This document shows, piece after piece, positions 5,462-7,245 of a stretch of 7,245 nucleotides of DNA. The position numbers were made by a program, and so were the translations under genes. Positions within the stretch are counted from its first letter, which is position 1; each line of letters begins with the position of its first letter. The DNA is from an uncultured Erysipelotrichaceae bacterium (lineage in GTDB: Bacteria > Bacillota_I > Bacilli_A > Erysipelotrichales > Erysipelotrichaceae), in assembly GCA_964457525.1 (NCBI GenBank), contig CAYWGS010000073.1:1-7245 (forward strand), given 5' to 3'. Under the pieces are notes generated by a model. That model did no database searches and was not told where the DNA came from. It saw only the letters and a list, made by a program, of their open reading frames with translations.

Positions 5462-6787
5462 TTAAACTAAGAAAGATGCTTTCCAACGCCCACTCTTTAA
5501 ACGATTCATCTGAACAATCATGCGATAGACCCAGTCAATACCCATGGCTAAATAAACACCAAATACGCCTAAATCAAATACAATCGCGAGTAAGTACGCA
5601 CTGGTTATTCTAAACGCAACCATCGCAATGATTGAAACATTCATCGTGAATCTTGCATCACCTGCTGCACGTAAGCCATTGGATAAGGTAAAGGCTGGTG
5701 GCCAAATCAATAAAGTCATTACATTATGTAGAATCATTAACCAATAGGTTGTATTTCTTGCTTCTTCTGAAATTGTATAAAAGTTTAATAACCATGGAAG
5801 TCCAAGTATCTGTATGGCTGCTATGATAACCGTCATTATCTGTGCTTGTCTAAGCAACTTACGAATATAATATTCAGCTTGATCAAATTCTTTTGCGCCA
5901 ATGCATTGACCAACAACCGTCACAATCGCGAAGTTGACTGCAGTCGCATAACTAATCGCAAACATACCAAGACTATTGGTAATGCCGTTTGCGGTTATTT
6001 GTGCAGTTCCAAATAAAGCGATAATACTTGCGAGTAAGATTCTTCCAAATTGTGTAATACCATTCTCGATTCCATTTGGTATTGCAATCGATAAGATTTT
6101 TTTAATTAGATTTAAATCAAAAGAAAAAATAGAATGAAAATCTAAATATACAATATTATTTTGATTAAAATTTAAGATAACTAATACAATAGAAGACAAT
6201 AATCTTGAACCTAAAGTAGCAATCGCAACTCCAGTAATACCTGCTTGAAATACGAATATAGCAAGATAGAAGCCTAATATATTTAAACCATTCATAAACA
6301 TGGAAGCTAACATTGGGATTCTTGAATTACCCTGAGCTCTAAATAAAGCAGCACTCGTATTATAAAGAGCAAGAAAAGGATAACTTAAACTCGATAAAAC
6401 AAAGTAAATCTTCGCCGCATTCATAACTTCTGGATCAACTTGACCAAACAAAAGATTAAGTATTAATGGATGGAAAAATAAAACAACTAATGTAAATGTA
6501 ACTGAGACAAGTAATGTGATAAAAACAATTTGACCCGCTGATTTATTCGCAAGAAAATGATTTTGACTTCCAATCATCTGTGCTACAACAACTGCACCTC
6601 CAGTTGATAAGGCAATCAATATATTGATTAATAAAACATTAACCATTTCAACAAGTGAAACACCTGATACAGCTGCTTCGCCTGCATACGATAACAACAT
6701 GGTTGATACGATGCTCACTAAAACGAGTAGAATTTGATCTAGAAATAAGGGAAGTATAAGTTTTCGTAACGATTGAGTGCTAAACAT
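5462..6787 (-). CDS. MATE family efflux transporter (NorM/DinF-like, 12-TM)
   Basis: 441 aa, highly hydrophobic. The N-terminus is typical of MATE proteins (LRKLILPLFLDQILLVLVSIVSTMLLSYAGEAAVSGVSL). It has a two-lobed repeat architecture with a short polar linker (NFNQNN...DLNLIKKILSIAIPNGIEN) and ends in a basic cytoplasmic tail. Confidence 0.88.
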   Translation of the reverse strand: MFSTQSLRKLILPLFLDQILLVLVSIVSTMLLSYAGEAAVSGVSLVEMVNVLLINILIALSTGGAVVVAQMIGSQNHFLANKSAGQIVFITLLVSVTFTLVVLFFHPLILNLLFGQVDPEVMNAAKIYFVLSSLSYPFLALYNTSAALFRAQGNSRIPMLASMFMNGLNILGFYLAIFVFQAGITGVAIATLGSRLLSSIVLVILNFNQNNIVYLDFHSIFSFDLNLIKKILSIAIPNGIENGITQFGRILLASIIALFGTAQITANGITNSLGMFAISYATAVNFAIVTVVGQCIGAKEFDQAEYYIRKLLRQAQIMTVIIAAIQILGLPWLLNFYTISEEARNTTYWLMILHNVMTLLIWPPAFTLSNGLRAAGDARFTMNVSIIAMVAFRITSAYLLAIVFDLGVFGVYLAMGIDWVYRMIVQMNRLKSGRWKASFLV

Positions 6788-6857
6788 AGGTTTCTTTCTA
6801 TTGAGTTAATTCCATAATATCCTATCATTTAATGTTTAGAATATAAATATAATTAAC

Positions 6858-6888
6858 TTGACTTAGACCTAAGTCTAGGGTTTAAAAT
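6858..6888 (+). promoter_or_regulatory. MerR-type promoter/operator: -35 TTGACT, 19-nt spacer carrying a dyad, -10 TAAAAT
   Basis: TTGACT (6858-6863) and TAAAAT (6883-6888) are separated by exactly 19 nt. Overlapping dyads are GACTTAG-AC-CTAAGTC (6860-6875, perfect 7+7) and CTTAGAC-CTAA-GTCTAGG (6862-6879, 6/7, with 7-4-7 geometry). The SD AGGAGA (6898-6903) and ATG 6910 follow. Confidence 0.6.
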
Positions 6889-6909
6889 GTTTAAAACAGG
6901 AGAAATGGT

Positions 6910-7068
6910 ATGACAATCGCTGAAGTATGTACTCGATTTGACTTGAGTCAAGATACATTAAGATATTATGAGAAAATTGGATTGATTCCAAGTATCCAAA
7001 GAAAATCAAGTGGGATACGAAATTATAGTGAAGAAGACTGTAAATGGATTGAATTTATAGTAGTATAA
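6910..7068 (+). pseudogene. Truncated MerR-family transcriptional regulator (N-terminal winged-HTH only, 52 codons)
   Basis: The translation is MTIAEVCTRFDLSQDTLRYYEKIGLIPSIQRKSSGIRNYSEEDCKWIEFIVV*. It matches the conserved MerR N-terminus (..DTLRYYEKIGLI....R..SG.R.Y.EED..W.EFI) and then stops where full-length members continue into the long dimerisation helix and effector domain. No continuation is visible in any plus-strand frame downstream. Confidence 0.7.
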
Positions 7069-7115
7069 GTTAACGTGTGGTTTTAAGAAAACGGACTATA
7101 AATTATCGTGTGGAT

Positions 7116-7150
7116 AAAGAGAAGGAGAATTAAAAGTCCTTCTCTTTTTT
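7116..7150 (+). terminator. Hairpin plus T-run (intrinsic terminator-like)
   Basis: AAAGAGAAGGA (7116-7126) pairs perfectly with TCCTTCTCTTT (7137-7147) around a 10-nt loop, with T's continuing to 7150. The U-run is better on the plus strand. The loop contains the stop codon of the candidate minus-strand ORF, so which gene it serves is ambiguous. Confidence 0.4.
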
Positions 7151-7245
7151 CTTAGAACTCTGTGTGCGTTTATCTGAAGAAATACGTCCTGAAATCGCAT
7201 AAAATATTTTTGGATTGAGTGCATAAAGTACACGTTTTCTAAAAC
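7130..7245 (-). CDS. 3' end of a gene entering from the right edge; possibly an ISL3-family transposase C-terminus
   Basis: The minus-strand frame starting at 7243 reads FRKRVLYALNPKIFYAISGRISSDKRTQSSKKKEKDF* (stop = plus 7132-7130). FRKRVLYAL resembles the ..YG(F/Y)RNF..FR.RIL.. motif I recall near ISL3 transposase C-termini. Only 37 residues are visible, and another minus frame is also open across this stretch. Confidence 0.3.
   Translation of the reverse strand, partial: FRKRVLYALNPKIFYAISGRISSDKRTQSSKKKEKDF

Noticed and set aside
6106-6145. 8-bp inverted repeat TTAGATTT ... AAATCTAA (24-nt spacing) plus the palindrome GATTTAAATC inside the MATE gene
   Set aside because: It lies in the extremely AT-rich stretch encoding the inter-lobe linker (NFNQNN...DLNLIKK). 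It is explained by composition and coding constraints, with no flanking signals of a mobile element.
1-7245. Looked for CRISPR repeats, tRNA/rRNA, tandem repeats, riboswitch or T-box leaders, toxin-antitoxin pairs and defence-system gene signatures
   Set aside because: No periodic repeat arrays and no tRNA-like or rRNA-like sequences are visible. The leaders are all under 125 nt without conserved riboswitch cores I recognise. Every long ORF has an ordinary metabolic, transport or regulatory assignment.

Overview
AT-rich, low-GC Gram-positive-style window: strong GGAGG-type Shine-Dalgarno sites, a lipobox lipoprotein, and TGG as the only Trp codon seen. Gene order: (-) a PQQ-dependent sugar dehydrogenase lipoprotein; (+) a UPF0303/GlcG-like 'heme-degrading domain' protein followed by a tryptophanase-type beta-eliminating lyase, probably one operon ending in a clean terminator; (+) a monocistronic group-B-like [FeFe]-hydrogenase with all three H-cluster motifs and 16 accessory Cys; (-) a ferritin convergent on the hydrogenase across a shared bidirectional terminator; (-) a MATE efflux transporter; (+) a MerR-family regulator gene truncated to 52 codons behind a textbook MerR-type promoter (19-bp spacer with a dyad); and at the right edge a possible transposase C-terminus on the minus strand that may explain the truncation. 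I saw no rRNA, tRNA, CRISPR array or recognisable defence system. Most of the window is ordinary metabolism. The observation most worth follow-up is regulatory. The -35/dyad module of the MerR-type promoter (TTGAYTTAGACYTAAGT) recurs at the same distance upstream of the hydrogenase gene. This suggests a MerR-type regulon linking an O2-sensitive hydrogenase, the regulator gene and possibly the divergent MATE pump, while the local regulator copy is broken. All functional calls come from by-eye motif and homology recognition. No searches were run.
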